Source: a virus. From it: a DNA stretch of 64,000 nucleotides. Location: positions 1 through 64,000 of IMG/VR virus record IMGVR_UViG_3300045988_105143; one strand, 5' to 3'. The notes beneath the pieces are model-generated. The model was not told the DNA's origin. It saw only the letters and a list, made by a program, of their open reading frames with translations, and did no database searches. Position numbers and translations under genes: made by a program. This document shows, in pieces, positions 9,901 to 18,063 of the stretch. Position 1 is the stretch's first letter, and each line of letters starts with the position of its first letter.

Positions 9901-12900
9901 TGAGTTAATTAGTCGTGACCGTAGTGATGAGGGTCGTGAACGAGATGCTCAAATCCTTAGAGATAGATTAGATAAATTCAAAACACGTCTTTCTAAAGAA
10001 AGAATGTCTGACTCTGAATATAATGCTGAAGTGAAATCTATCGAACATCAAATTGAGAGATTCCGCAATACACACTTTGTTGAGGAAAGCAACTATAAAT
10101 TTACTATACCTAAAAATAAAGTAGAAAGCAGACGTGAATTCCTTAAAAAACACGAGAACAAAGAGGTAGTACACCCACAATACTTATCTCTAGCTTTACT
10201 TCGTAATAATTATGATTTAGATAGTGGTTTAAAACGCTGGATTGCTAAAGAAATTGGCTCTGAGTCTAACTTTGAAGATGGTGAACGCTCTCGTCATATT
10301 AAAGCAATGCTTATACATGAATACGAACATATGATTGACATGTATGATAGTGAAGAAAATGCTTTAAAAGAAAAGCCTATGTTAGTTAAAAACCTAGCAT
10401 CAGCTATCGCTGGTTCTTTCCCTAAAGAATCATTTGGTACTGAAGGTAATAAAGTTAGAAATAGACGTAATGAATTAATGTTCGGCGGTACAAAAGCACT
10501 TACCCCATTTAAGTTTAAAGAGCGTGATACTCTAATTAACTTCGCTAAGAAATATTTTTCTGGCGAACTTGAAGGTAAAAAGAAAGAAGTTAAACGTGAA
10601 GTAAAAGTTGATAATCGCAAAAACAATGGTAAAGAAATTGTTTATGATGTTGTAAGCGATAGCGTAAAACCTCTTGGTGGAGGTCAATTCAAGTTTAAAG
10701 CCAAAATAAACAACGACAACGAAGAAAGTTTTAACGAGTATTTACAAGAAGTTGGTATTGGTGAACCTGAAAATATTGTTAAAAAAGATGGGTATGTAGA
10801 ATTCACATCTGATATCTATCTAAGCTATTTAACATTTACAGATATTACTGATAGTACAAAAAGTAAAACTGGTAAGGTTAATGTCAACATTTACAAAGCT
10901 AGGGGAGACTTAATTAAAGCAATCCTAGCGGATAATGACACTGGTTCTTTTGCTATGTGGCTTAAATACTCATACGAAAAAAAGGGTAACGAAGGTTACG
11001 ACATGGCTACTAAAAAGAAAAATGTTAAAAAGCGTCTAGCTGAATTGACTGGTGAAAGTTATAGTTCCGCAGAATATGACGATGGTGCTACTTTATTCTA
11101 TCCAAGTAAGGTTGAAGAGGTAGAAGCCGAGGATAGTATTCCAGATTATGGTATCTATCAATTAGGTTCTGAAGAAGATTTTAACGCACCTACATCTAAA
11201 AATTATAACACATTCAAACTAGCCGATGAATCACAAGAATTAACCTTACACAAAGGTCTCGAAAATAGACTTGGGGATGCTTATAATGATGTTAAAGAAT
11301 ATCTAACTAATGGAAAAGATATTACTATCCAAGTAACTAAAAAAGGTACTGTGCCAATGTACATGCCTAAGACAGATACAATCTATTTACCAGAAGATAG
11401 AATTAATGTTACCAGTACATCATTCCAACATGAATTAATCCACTCTGCCTTGCGAGATGTTTTGCTAAATCAAAAATCATCAGAGGGCGCTATTAAATTT
11501 GCTGTAGATATGGCTAATTACATCAAGGGAGAAATCAATGCTTACAAACAAAGTAATCGAGCAGACTCTAATACAAATGAAATGCCCGAAAAACCAACTT
11601 CAACCAATGAAGGAGAAACTAGCTCAATTCAAGGACAAACAGGAAATGACTCCACTACAGGTAGCAATACAAGTAGCAAAAGTGTGTCTAATGGAAGTAG
11701 CACAGAAGGACTTCAATTCAACAGTCAAAAGTTGGAAGACTCTAGCGTGGGAGAAAGTGGTCAACGGAGAGAGTCTCAACCACAAGAACAAACAATTCAA
11801 GACAATTCCAGAAATCAAAGCATGGTTCAAGGAAAGGATTCCACGCTCCGACGCAAAATGGGGGACGAAAAACTTCTTCGAGAATGGAACCTTGCAGAAG
11901 AACGCCTAAACACTATAACAGAAGATACTCTATTTGAAGATAGTGTTGGTTTAAAAGATGCAGTAGAAGACATTATTACAGACCCAGTAATGAATGTAGA
12001 AGATAAGAGTAACAAACTTTTACCTCTACTTTGGACAGCAAACGAGATTGATAAAAAATTTGGATTAGATGAACGTGATAGTTTATTACGAGCAATCTAT
12101 ACAGACAAACTTATCAACCTTGAAGAAACTATGGCATATACTCTACAAAATGATTTGTCTCCTGCACATACAAGTGCATTATTTAGAACTGCTACACGTA
12201 TACTACAAAATAAAAGAAAAGAAGATGTATCAACAAATACATATAACCAAACTGGTACTGAAACTCACCAACCAAATATCATGGAAAGAGCTGTAGGTTC
12301 TCTCAATACACTGATTAATGAGTTTAATAAGAAACACGACAACATAGAATTTGAAGCACGTGATGCCAAAGAAGGTAATATCTCTGGTTATGATATTAAA
12401 AAATGGTTAGCTTCACCAACTAAGTTTATTGAAAAATATATTCCTCAAATGAAACCTATTATCTATTGGGCAGAAGAAACGGCTGTTAAACAAAACAAGT
12501 TACAGAAAAATTTCATCAAAGCGTTAGATAAAATTAAAACTAACTTAGGCGAGGAAAATATTCATCAATTCAATAAATTAGCAAAAGAAGTTACTGACTT
12601 AGGTCGTGAATTTGTACAACCAGCTAGTGTAATGTTAAAAGATAAAGAGTTATATATTAACTTAAAACATGACGATATATTCAGAGAATTTAAAGATGAA
12701 ATCGACGCCAAAAATCTTTACAGCGAATTAAAGAAAGCTGGTAAGAATGTATTTATGGACTATAAAGATGGAAACTTCCGAGTATTTGGTAGCGACCATA
12801 CACTACGTACATTTAATACATTTGACGAAGCTGAAAAAGCCGCTCAACCATTACGTGACAGTATAATGAAGTCTAAGGGATATAATTCTAAAGTTGTTAA

Positions 12901-15274
12901 AGCATATAATGACTGGAGAAAGCTAGATAATAAAGTATTTGAATTATCTGTTAAAGCATGGAGAAACGCTGGTGCTGACCCTGACTACAAGCCTAGACGA
13001 CTATGGGCTCACATTCCTATGCTTCATAGCAAATATGGAGTGTATATAGTTAAAGATAACGTAGACGAAGACGGTAACCAATACGAACAACGTGAGAAAA
13101 TCGCTTCCTTCCATACATACAGAGATGCAGAAAACTGGGTAAAAAAAGAACAAATCAATGGAGATGCTCGTGTAGTAATTACAGAACGTAATCCAAAATA
13201 TGACGAGTATAATGCAGGCTCAGATGTATACGATGGTGCGAATGAATCAGCATATGACGATATCGTATATGAAGGCGAAAGCCGTGAATCTCAAGAGAAA
13301 CGCTTTGCTCGTATATCACACTCTTACCCAGAAGTTTCCAAAATCATTAATGAATTTATAGGCGATAAAGAACACGTAACACGTGAAAAACTTATGGATT
13401 TAATTAATGATAAAGATAAACAAAAAGATTTAGATATTAATCCAAAAGCCCTAAAAGATGAACTAAAATTTGCTAATCTTGATGAGTTATTCCGTAGACG
13501 TAATGTAATTACTAGACAAGACATGATTGCCCATCTGTTAATTGGATACGGTAATCAAAAGAAAGATAAATATAACAATACAAGAATGAATGCTAAAGGT
13601 GCCAACCCTAATACATTTGAAAATATGGAAAACTATTTAAGATATAAAGCAAACTTTATACCAGCTCAAGAGTTTTATCATAAAGCAACCGCACTTTACC
13701 GAGATAAAATAGGGACAGATTATGCATCCCAATTTGGTATTGGTGGTGAAGGTGCTAGACGTGATGTAGAAGACGTATTGCATAAGTTTATATCTAGTGT
13801 AGTAGGTGTTCCTAATACATTTGACAAAGCTATCAATAGAACATTCAACGAACTTGTTGGTGATGGTTGGATTAAACAACAATACGGAGATACTTTTGCT
13901 ACAGACCTAATGAACCGTAGTATGGAAGCTGTATCAATAGCAAAACTAGGTTTATTTAGACCTACTGCCGCTATTGCTCAGTTAGGTGCTTTACTAAATA
14001 TTGGCACAAAAGCTGGTTATGGTAAAGACTTCCAAAAAGCATTGCGTGATGCTACTACTCATGGTAAAGTTGGAGCTCATATCACATTCTCTGAACAAAA
14101 AATGTTCAACCGTATAGGTCTTAATCTAGAAGATACTGCGTTAGAAACACAGTCTTTGAAAAATAGAAAAAGTCTATATAACCTTAAAGTTGGTAAGGTT
14201 AAATTAGGTAAAGCATTTGAAAAGTCTATGGATATGTTCAATAGAACTGACAAGTATACACGTCGTGTAGCCGCTCTTATTGCTTATAGAAAAGCTATTA
14301 GTGATGGTAAATCACAAACAGAAGCAGAACATATTGCATCTGATTTTGTAAGAGAAACTAACTTTAACTACAATGATAGAGATGCATCTCAATTATTTAC
14401 GAAGTTTGGTACTCTTGGTAAATTAGTGTTGCAATTTAAGAAATATCCAGTTAAAGAACTTGAATTTATGACAAGTGTTATTAAAGGTGGAAACAAGAAA
14501 GAAATTGCTCGTTTCTTTGGTTCTTATATCGCAATGGCTGGTCTTATGGGCGTACCTGGTATGACAGCCGCAGATACTGTAGCAGAATGGATTAGTAATA
14601 AATCTATTTCTCACAGAATCAAAGAATCATTAATGGAATGGGCAGATGGAGACGACACCAAGAAAAAACTAGCATTATTAGTTATGTATGGTTCTCCAGC
14701 ACCCACACTTGGCGTTGACTTTAGCCGTAATATTGGTATTGGTGACTTAATTCCTACAGATAGTTTAGCTGGTCCTACATTTGGTACATTAGCTAACTTA
14801 ATAGAATCATTTAAGAATGATAATTCTTCGAATGGTATGCTATTGTCTATGGGACATGATTTATCACCTGCCTTTGCTAACTACTATCAGGCAATTACTG
14901 GTCACAAGCAAGACTGGAAAAAAGGTGTACAAGGTAGAGAATATAGTGATAAAGAACGTATTCTTAAAGGTATTGGTTTCAGACCTATACTTGATGCGGT
15001 TGATGCTGATGTTAGCCAAATTAACTATATCAATTCACAAGAATCTAAAAACCGCAAAAAAGCATTAATATACCAATATATTAATGACCCTAGTTCTGTA
15101 TCTGTAGAAGACCTAAAAGCAAATAATATTACTAAGAAAAATATCGCAGACGCCAAGAAAAACATAGGTTCTTCATCTATTGAAAAGGCAAAAAGATATA
15201 GTTCGAAAGCAGATAGAATTAAAAACGCTGATAAGTTTGATAATATGAGCGAGTTTGAAGAGGACCTCGATTAA
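6959..15274 (+). CDS. giant (2771 aa) virion/ejection polyvalent protein with two HEXXH motifs
   Basis: Uninterrupted 8.3-kb ORF directly after the SLT gene. The N-terminal ~340 aa are Gly/Ala-rich, glycine-zipper-like hydrophobic segments, followed by K/E-rich low-complexity sequence. HEYEH at 10316-10330 and HELIH at 11429-11443, then an S/T/N/Q linker and a hydrophobic C-terminal domain. Confidence 0.8.
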   Translation: MPTLGQLYGNDYFRVAYGPQYNAYKYKQALDQSGYIPNENDGLIDSFQSGFAGSMGGLFGEVAGWSKENGYDWVNNNATWAANKMGDIAARNAYTGTQDSDGIMWYGANQAASALGSSVPSIAADVAATAAMDAAIGTVVGPEGTAAGAIVGAVSGVGKGLYNLYKGTRALQYAGKAAKTAGAIAAGGLIENASNAGDTYMTGLSRGMSHEDAWNASNEALDEGWAPAVINYASDRAMLGRGMKGISGAMAVGAGGKVLAKTAGAWAGNAMIGAAGEGLTEAWQTQIQEQALGNEAYANTHIYDPFTWTQDMKDQAYDAAIGSAMLGGITGGVQSARGYLANRANTNVNADTVDTNIQPQVQPQEDIQSQPVVGEIEDLSAVGAMPNDSIDLGSVTPEAFVQPERGDFDNVFETMGKRFARGKYTNDEIDAKAQAVQDTVARINDLWDNQIDENKAPATLRANDFMEDFVNAGLTPKEAHEASKETVKALQAKSPKQDTSIPGSELIRRAESVGLNLTDAQKNDLLSENPIRSNYNAVADAIEDKTVENQRKNAELNRRRADTRRRNTYSTRYDDSINKPFLDKTLGKKKSEETGYRIHNAMKQRKEDIKSGKRTKSLEKYLADAGINNNNYSKEEMNNIKAHIKSIDDGIRNRGYNKEELKKLSKENVDVQKANATYAEATRKYDAKDPRNSAKIEQINNMIADSIIDQGKRGKPIYRYDKYKEFKNKNRKLYNRINEAVYGNKKEEQTIAKQNTEAPKTVKVQYIKPKYKKGSLSDKIAKNPDKAEEIKAKALSKIEPTIQKEKAVKEKPTGPIPYEDRHKGFNNLTNEQLDARRADREQRAIKLKSLQLQKSESTDTASSKYQGQPAPKFNKDGSRAKVIEPTETVKPVVEETQHAEPKTEVKQTPVKNTKKAEPKEAQKSSKQDEVNVLAKAVMVGKIKPKQARDILNQLSKEATDKEKEKYQKLSEKIKYNTNNKGELISRDRSDEGRERDAQILRDRLDKFKTRLSKERMSDSEYNAEVKSIEHQIERFRNTHFVEESNYKFTIPKNKVESRREFLKKHENKEVVHPQYLSLALLRNNYDLDSGLKRWIAKEIGSESNFEDGERSRHIKAMLIHEYEHMIDMYDSEENALKEKPMLVKNLASAIAGSFPKESFGTEGNKVRNRRNELMFGGTKALTPFKFKERDTLINFAKKYFSGELEGKKKEVKREVKVDNRKNNGKEIVYDVVSDSVKPLGGGQFKFKAKINNDNEESFNEYLQEVGIGEPENIVKKDGYVEFTSDIYLSYLTFTDITDSTKSKTGKVNVNIYKARGDLIKAILADNDTGSFAMWLKYSYEKKGNEGYDMATKKKNVKKRLAELTGESYSSAEYDDGATLFYPSKVEEVEAEDSIPDYGIYQLGSEEDFNAPTSKNYNTFKLADESQELTLHKGLENRLGDAYNDVKEYLTNGKDITIQVTKKGTVPMYMPKTDTIYLPEDRINVTSTSFQHELIHSALRDVLLNQKSSEGAIKFAVDMANYIKGEINAYKQSNRADSNTNEMPEKPTSTNEGETSSIQGQTGNDSTTGSNTSSKSVSNGSSTEGLQFNSQKLEDSSVGESGQRRESQPQEQTIQDNSRNQSMVQGKDSTLRRKMGDEKLLREWNLAEERLNTITEDTLFEDSVGLKDAVEDIITDPVMNVEDKSNKLLPLLWTANEIDKKFGLDERDSLLRAIYTDKLINLEETMAYTLQNDLSPAHTSALFRTATRILQNKRKEDVSTNTYNQTGTETHQPNIMERAVGSLNTLINEFNKKHDNIEFEARDAKEGNISGYDIKKWLASPTKFIEKYIPQMKPIIYWAEETAVKQNKLQKNFIKALDKIKTNLGEENIHQFNKLAKEVTDLGREFVQPASVMLKDKELYINLKHDDIFREFKDEIDAKNLYSELKKAGKNVFMDYKDGNFRVFGSDHTLRTFNTFDEAEKAAQPLRDSIMKSKGYNSKVVKAYNDWRKLDNKVFELSVKAWRNAGADPDYKPRRLWAHIPMLHSKYGVYIVKDNVDEDGNQYEQREKIASFHTYRDAENWVKKEQINGDARVVITERNPKYDEYNAGSDVYDGANESAYDDIVYEGESRESQEKRFARISHSYPEVSKIINEFIGDKEHVTREKLMDLINDKDKQKDLDINPKALKDELKFANLDELFRRRNVITRQDMIAHLLIGYGNQKKDKYNNTRMNAKGANPNTFENMENYLRYKANFIPAQEFYHKATALYRDKIGTDYASQFGIGGEGARRDVEDVLHKFISSVVGVPNTFDKAINRTFNELVGDGWIKQQYGDTFATDLMNRSMEAVSIAKLGLFRPTAAIAQLGALLNIGTKAGYGKDFQKALRDATTHGKVGAHITFSEQKMFNRIGLNLEDTALETQSLKNRKSLYNLKVGKVKLGKAFEKSMDMFNRTDKYTRRVAALIAYRKAISDGKSQTEAEHIASDFVRETNFNYNDRDASQLFTKFGTLGKLVLQFKKYPVKELEFMTSVIKGGNKKEIARFFGSYIAMAGLMGVPGMTAADTVAEWISNKSISHRIKESLMEWADGDDTKKKLALLVMYGSPAPTLGVDFSRNIGIGDLIPTDSLAGPTFGTLANLIESFKNDNSSNGMLLSMGHDLSPAFANYYQAITGHKQDWKKGVQGREYSDKERILKGIGFRPILDAVDADVSQINYINSQESKNRKKALIYQYINDPSSVSVEDLKANNITKKNIADAKKNIGSSSIEKAKRYSSKADRIKNADKFDNMSEFEEDLD

Positions 15275-15292
15275 GAGGTCCCTTCTTATTTT
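15262..15292 (+). terminator. candidate intrinsic terminator after the giant gene
   Basis: Stem GGACCTC (15262-15268) / GAGGTCC (15275-15281), loop GATTAA, followed by the T-rich tract CTTCTTATTTTA. Confidence 0.55.
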
Positions 15293-15304
15293 ATAGGAGG
15301 TTAA

Positions 15305-15835
15305 ATGATTTATTCACTTAATGATATTGAATATATGGCAAGTAAATGTAATGCACAAAGCATTACGCTCCATTGGGGAGCAAATTGGTATGATAATACC
15401 TCTGAACATTATCATATTAACATCCTTGGAGATGGAACAATCTATTCAGACTATGATAATCTTGATGTTACTTGTAGCCACACTTGGCACAGGAATACTG
15501 GTAATATTGGTATTTCTTTATCTTGTATGGGTGACGGTAGCATTTGGGCTGATGGTACTATCCAATGGGGTTCGGCACCTCCAACAGATGCTCAAGTTGA
15601 TAAAATGGCGATGGTTGTAAACGCTATTTGTAAAGCCAAAGGTTGGGATATTAATTATGACCGTGTAAAGACTCATGCAGAATGGGCTGATATCGATGGA
15701 TACGGCATCCATGATAATGACCCAGATATGCGTTGGGACTTACTAGCTATTCCGCAAGAAGCTGGAGACGGAGGTGACATTCTACGTGGTAAAGCAATTT
15801 ATTTCCAACATCACCCAGAATTATGTAAAGACTAA
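15305..15835 (+). CDS. N-acetylmuramoyl-L-alanine amidase (Amidase_2/PGRP-type) endolysin
   Basis: YHINILGDGTIY, SHTWHRNTGNIGISL and PPTDAQVDKM...VKTHAEW match the amidase_2 pattern (Zn ligands His/His). AGGAGG RBS. Confidence 0.7.
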   Translation: MIYSLNDIEYMASKCNAQSITLHWGANWYDNTSEHYHINILGDGTIYSDYDNLDVTCSHTWHRNTGNIGISLSCMGDGSIWADGTIQWGSAPPTDAQVDKMAMVVNAICKAKGWDINYDRVKTHAEWADIDGYGIHDNDPDMRWDLLAIPQEAGDGGDILRGKAIYFQHHPELCKD

Positions 15836-16376
15836 TATAAGACTAATCGGTTTTGTATTTATTCTTTTAATTGCGATATTTGCCCTGTATGGTGGTTATA
15901 AATTATTCCATAGGGAAACTATCGAGGAACATATTAAAACGCCTCCTATGGGCAAAATAACGAATTTTATGGGTACTCAAAACACCAAGACAACAGTTGG
16001 ATATGTAAAAAAAGAATTTATTAATGGGATTAAAGAAGATACTGATGTCGAGGCAAATATAGAGCAGCCTAAAGTCACAGTTAAAGTTAATGGTAAAAAA
16101 CAACAATTTGACTTGAAGCAAACAGAAACAAAAAAATTTGAAGATGGTAAGGTTGTGGTAGACCAAAAATCAGAAGTTACATTTGATGTAAAGGTTCCAG
16201 ACCGCCATGAATTAAATGTATATGCTCAAGAAGAATTCCGTGCAGGCAAATTTCATCATCAAGTAGGTGTAGAAAAGGAAAATGGTAAATTTGTATATGG
16301 GGCAAAATATGACTTTGTAGACAAAGAACCTTTCTACTATGCACGCTATAACCTTGTAAAGATGTACACAAATTAA
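15774..16376 (+). CDS. membrane-anchored protein (start uncertain)
   Basis: The ORF overlaps the amidase 3' end. One N-terminal TM (LIGFVFILLIAIFALYGGY) and then a soluble K/E-rich domain. Followed by a strong terminator. Confidence 0.55.
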   Translation: MTFYVVKQFISNITQNYVKTNIRLIGFVFILLIAIFALYGGYKLFHRETIEEHIKTPPMGKITNFMGTQNTKTTVGYVKKEFINGIKEDTDVEANIEQPKVTVKVNGKKQQFDLKQTETKKFEDGKVVVDQKSEVTFDVKVPDRHELNVYAQEEFRAGKFHHQVGVEKENGKFVYGAKYDFVDKEPFYYARYNLVKMYTN

Positions 16377-16377
16377 T

Positions 16378-16404
16378 GGGGACGATATGTCCCCTCTTTT
16401 TTTT
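16378..16404 (+). terminator. rho-independent terminator
   Basis: GGGGAC (16378-16383) GATAT GTCCCC (16389-16394) followed by TCTTTTTTTT. Confidence 0.85.
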
Positions 16405-16446
16405 ATGCCCATTTTAAAACTTCATCAAATCTTCACAAAAAAGTAT

Positions 16447-16475
16447 TTGACAACCGAAAAATTTTATGGTATAAT
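16447..16475 (+). promoter_or_regulatory. consensus sigma-A/sigma-70 promoter P1
   Basis: TTGACA 16447-16452, 17-nt spacer, TGg extended -10, TATAAT 16470-16475. Preceded by CTTCATCAAATCTTCACAAAA. Confidence 0.8.
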
Positions 16476-16525
16476 ATGAATATACAATATTAGAAAACTT
16501 CATCGAAATTTCATCAAATTTTCAC

Positions 16526-16554
16526 TTGACAAACCATTTTCGTTATGGTATAAT
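16526..16554 (+). promoter_or_regulatory. consensus promoter P2 (tandem with P1)
   Basis: TTGACA 16526-16531, 17-nt spacer, TGg, TATAAT 16549-16554. Preceded by CTTCATCGAAATTTCATCAAATTTTCAC. Confidence 0.8.
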
Positions 16555-16586
16555 ACAGACAAGGAAAAGTGAAATGAGGTGACAAA

Positions 16587-16793
16587 ATGTCAAGAAGAAA
16601 ATACAAAATCAACAAAAACACTGGAGTTCATTTAGTAACTCATACTAGACAAACTGAAAAAATTGAGGTATGCTCAGTATGTAAGTTTGGAGAATTAACA
16701 AAAAATAATAAAGAAGTATTTTGCATTAAAAAGGGTATATTCAAGCCGTGCAAGTCTTCTCGTATATTAAAATGCTTTGTTCACAAGCAATAA
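16587..16793 (+). CDS. small basic Cys-rich protein (possible zinc ribbon)
   Basis: 68-aa ORF with GAGGTG RBS, the first gene after P1/P2. Cys pattern CSVC...C...C...C. Confidence 0.55.
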   Translation: MSRRKYKINKNTGVHLVTHTRQTEKIEVCSVCKFGELTKNNKEVFCIKKGIFKPCKSSRILKCFVHKQ

Positions 16794-16794
16794 A

Positions 16795-17200
16795 TAAGTG
16801 AACCTCGAACCTATCTTGGAATACGGCATAGCGTTACTTCCGAACGGCAAACCAAGGCACTACGAAGTAAACGTATGATAGGTAAGAGTAAAGAAAACGC
16901 ACTAATCAAGCGTAGCATATGGTGGCATACAATTATGCAAACATCGAGGTCCTGGTAAAACCGATGTAAAAGAAATAACAGCACCCGTTTAGCGAGCGTG
17001 GTGATAGGCGTTATAGGCTCGGCGGTACAGCTACCTCGATTCCTTAGTTCCCCGTCCTGGCGTGGCAACGATGAGAGCCTATGTGATAAGGCACCAGATA
17101 AAGACAGACCGAGGCTGGTTCGCTTGAAGCGAGAATCATCGTAAGGTGCACAAACACCAAGCCCCCGAACATGGGGGCAGTGCACCCAGACAGAGATTAA
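16795..17200 (+). ncRNA. candidate large structured non-coding RNA (family not recognised)
   Basis: No credible ORF and clearly more GC-rich than the flanks. Multiple nested complementary segments (see finding). No terminator between P1/P2 and this region. Strand is inferred from promoter orientation. Confidence 0.4.
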
Positions 17201-17557
17201 AAGATATTATATAAAGTAAATAAAAAAATACACGAAGTGTTTCATGAACGAAGTGAATGAACAATAACAACTACTCACAAACAAAGTTTGTTCGTATTCT
17301 CGTTACGAGCTAAAGCTCTACTCGAAGTATTTCTTTATAAGTTAAAAATTAGATTATCAACATTAGTTGATAATAAGTGAACCAAATACGTCAATAAGTG
17401 TTTGGTGAACGTAATCCTCGCAAACAAGTTTGCTACGTATCACTAATTTAGATAATCTACTTTTACCTAAATTATATCATTAGTATTAAATAAGAACAAA
17501 TATTAATTACGAAGTCTTTAGACAAAGTAATTATGTGAACGAAGTGAGCAAAAGAAC

Positions 17558-17586
17558 TTGACATATAAAAGCAAATGTGGTATAAT
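17558..17586 (+). promoter_or_regulatory. consensus promoter P3
   Basis: TTGACA 17558-17563, 17-nt spacer, TGg, TATAAT 17581-17586. Confidence 0.8.
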
Positions 17587-17607
17587 ACAGTTATCAGGAG
17601 GTGAAAG

Positions 17608-17835
17608 ATGTATAATCTAACTTTAAAATTCAATTTAAAAAGCAATAAAACAGCAATTTTACATTCCCAATTAAAAAGTATGGCTGATATTACATCTGAA
17701 GTTAAATATGTGATAGCCTGCATTAACGCAAAGAAAACTATTTGGACATGCGGAACTAGCATTGATACTAATATTATCAAATCATTCGAATGGGAATATG
17801 AAGAAGACATGTTTAAGGAGAATAAAAAGGAGTAA
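17608..17835 (+). CDS. hypothetical early protein
   Basis: 75-aa ORF with AGGAGGTG RBS, 22 nt after P3. Confidence 0.6.
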   Translation: MYNLTLKFNLKSNKTAILHSQLKSMADITSEVKYVIACINAKKTIWTCGTSIDTNIIKSFEWEYEEDMFKENKKE

Positions 17836-17839
17836 AACC

Positions 17840-18049
17840 ATGATATTTAAAATAGCATTTTTCGCAGTACTGGGAATATTATTTATTGTAGAGTCTACTT
17901 TTATAGTAAATTATATTAACGGGATAAGAATTGGATGTCCAGGTGTATTTTTTGGTATAGGTATAGTATTTGTTTATATGTTGACGTGTATACCTGATTT
18001 AAAAAATTCGAATAAACCAGATAAATATAGATATAGATATTATATGTAA
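17840..18049 (+). CDS. small two-TM membrane protein
   Basis: ATG at 17840 with AAAAGGAG upstream. The longer 17762 start lies inside the previous gene. Hydrophobic segments FAVLGILFIVESTFIV and GVFFGIGIVFVYMLTCI. Confidence 0.55.
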   Translation: MIFKIAFFAVLGILFIVESTFIVNYINGIRIGCPGVFFGIGIVFVYMLTCIPDLKNSNKPDKYRYRYYM

Positions 18050-18063
18050 AATAGGAGTATGTT

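Noticed and set aside
7249-15068. About 20 short ORFs on both strands inside the giant gene (e.g. 7249-7560 minus, 10294-10626 minus, 11538-11909 plus)
   Set aside because: All lie within an uninterrupted 8.3-kb ORF. Their compositions mirror the low-complexity sequence of the main frame, and they have no RBS.
6959-15274. Idea that the giant protein is an N4-like or crAss-like virion RNA polymerase, with the hairpins at 17.2-17.5 kb as its promoters
   Set aside because: I could not find T7-like polymerase motifs or a two-barrel DxDGD-type motif by eye. The early genes carry perfect host-type promoters, which makes a virion RNAP unnecessary. A profile search is still worth running.
16811-17185. 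124-aa minus-strand ORF covering the GC-rich island
   Set aside because: The translation is dominated by Arg/Leu/Ser/Cys/Pro. It has no RBS, lies antisense to the strong P1/P2 transcription and coincides with dense RNA-like helices. I treat it as a by-product of the GC-rich structured region.
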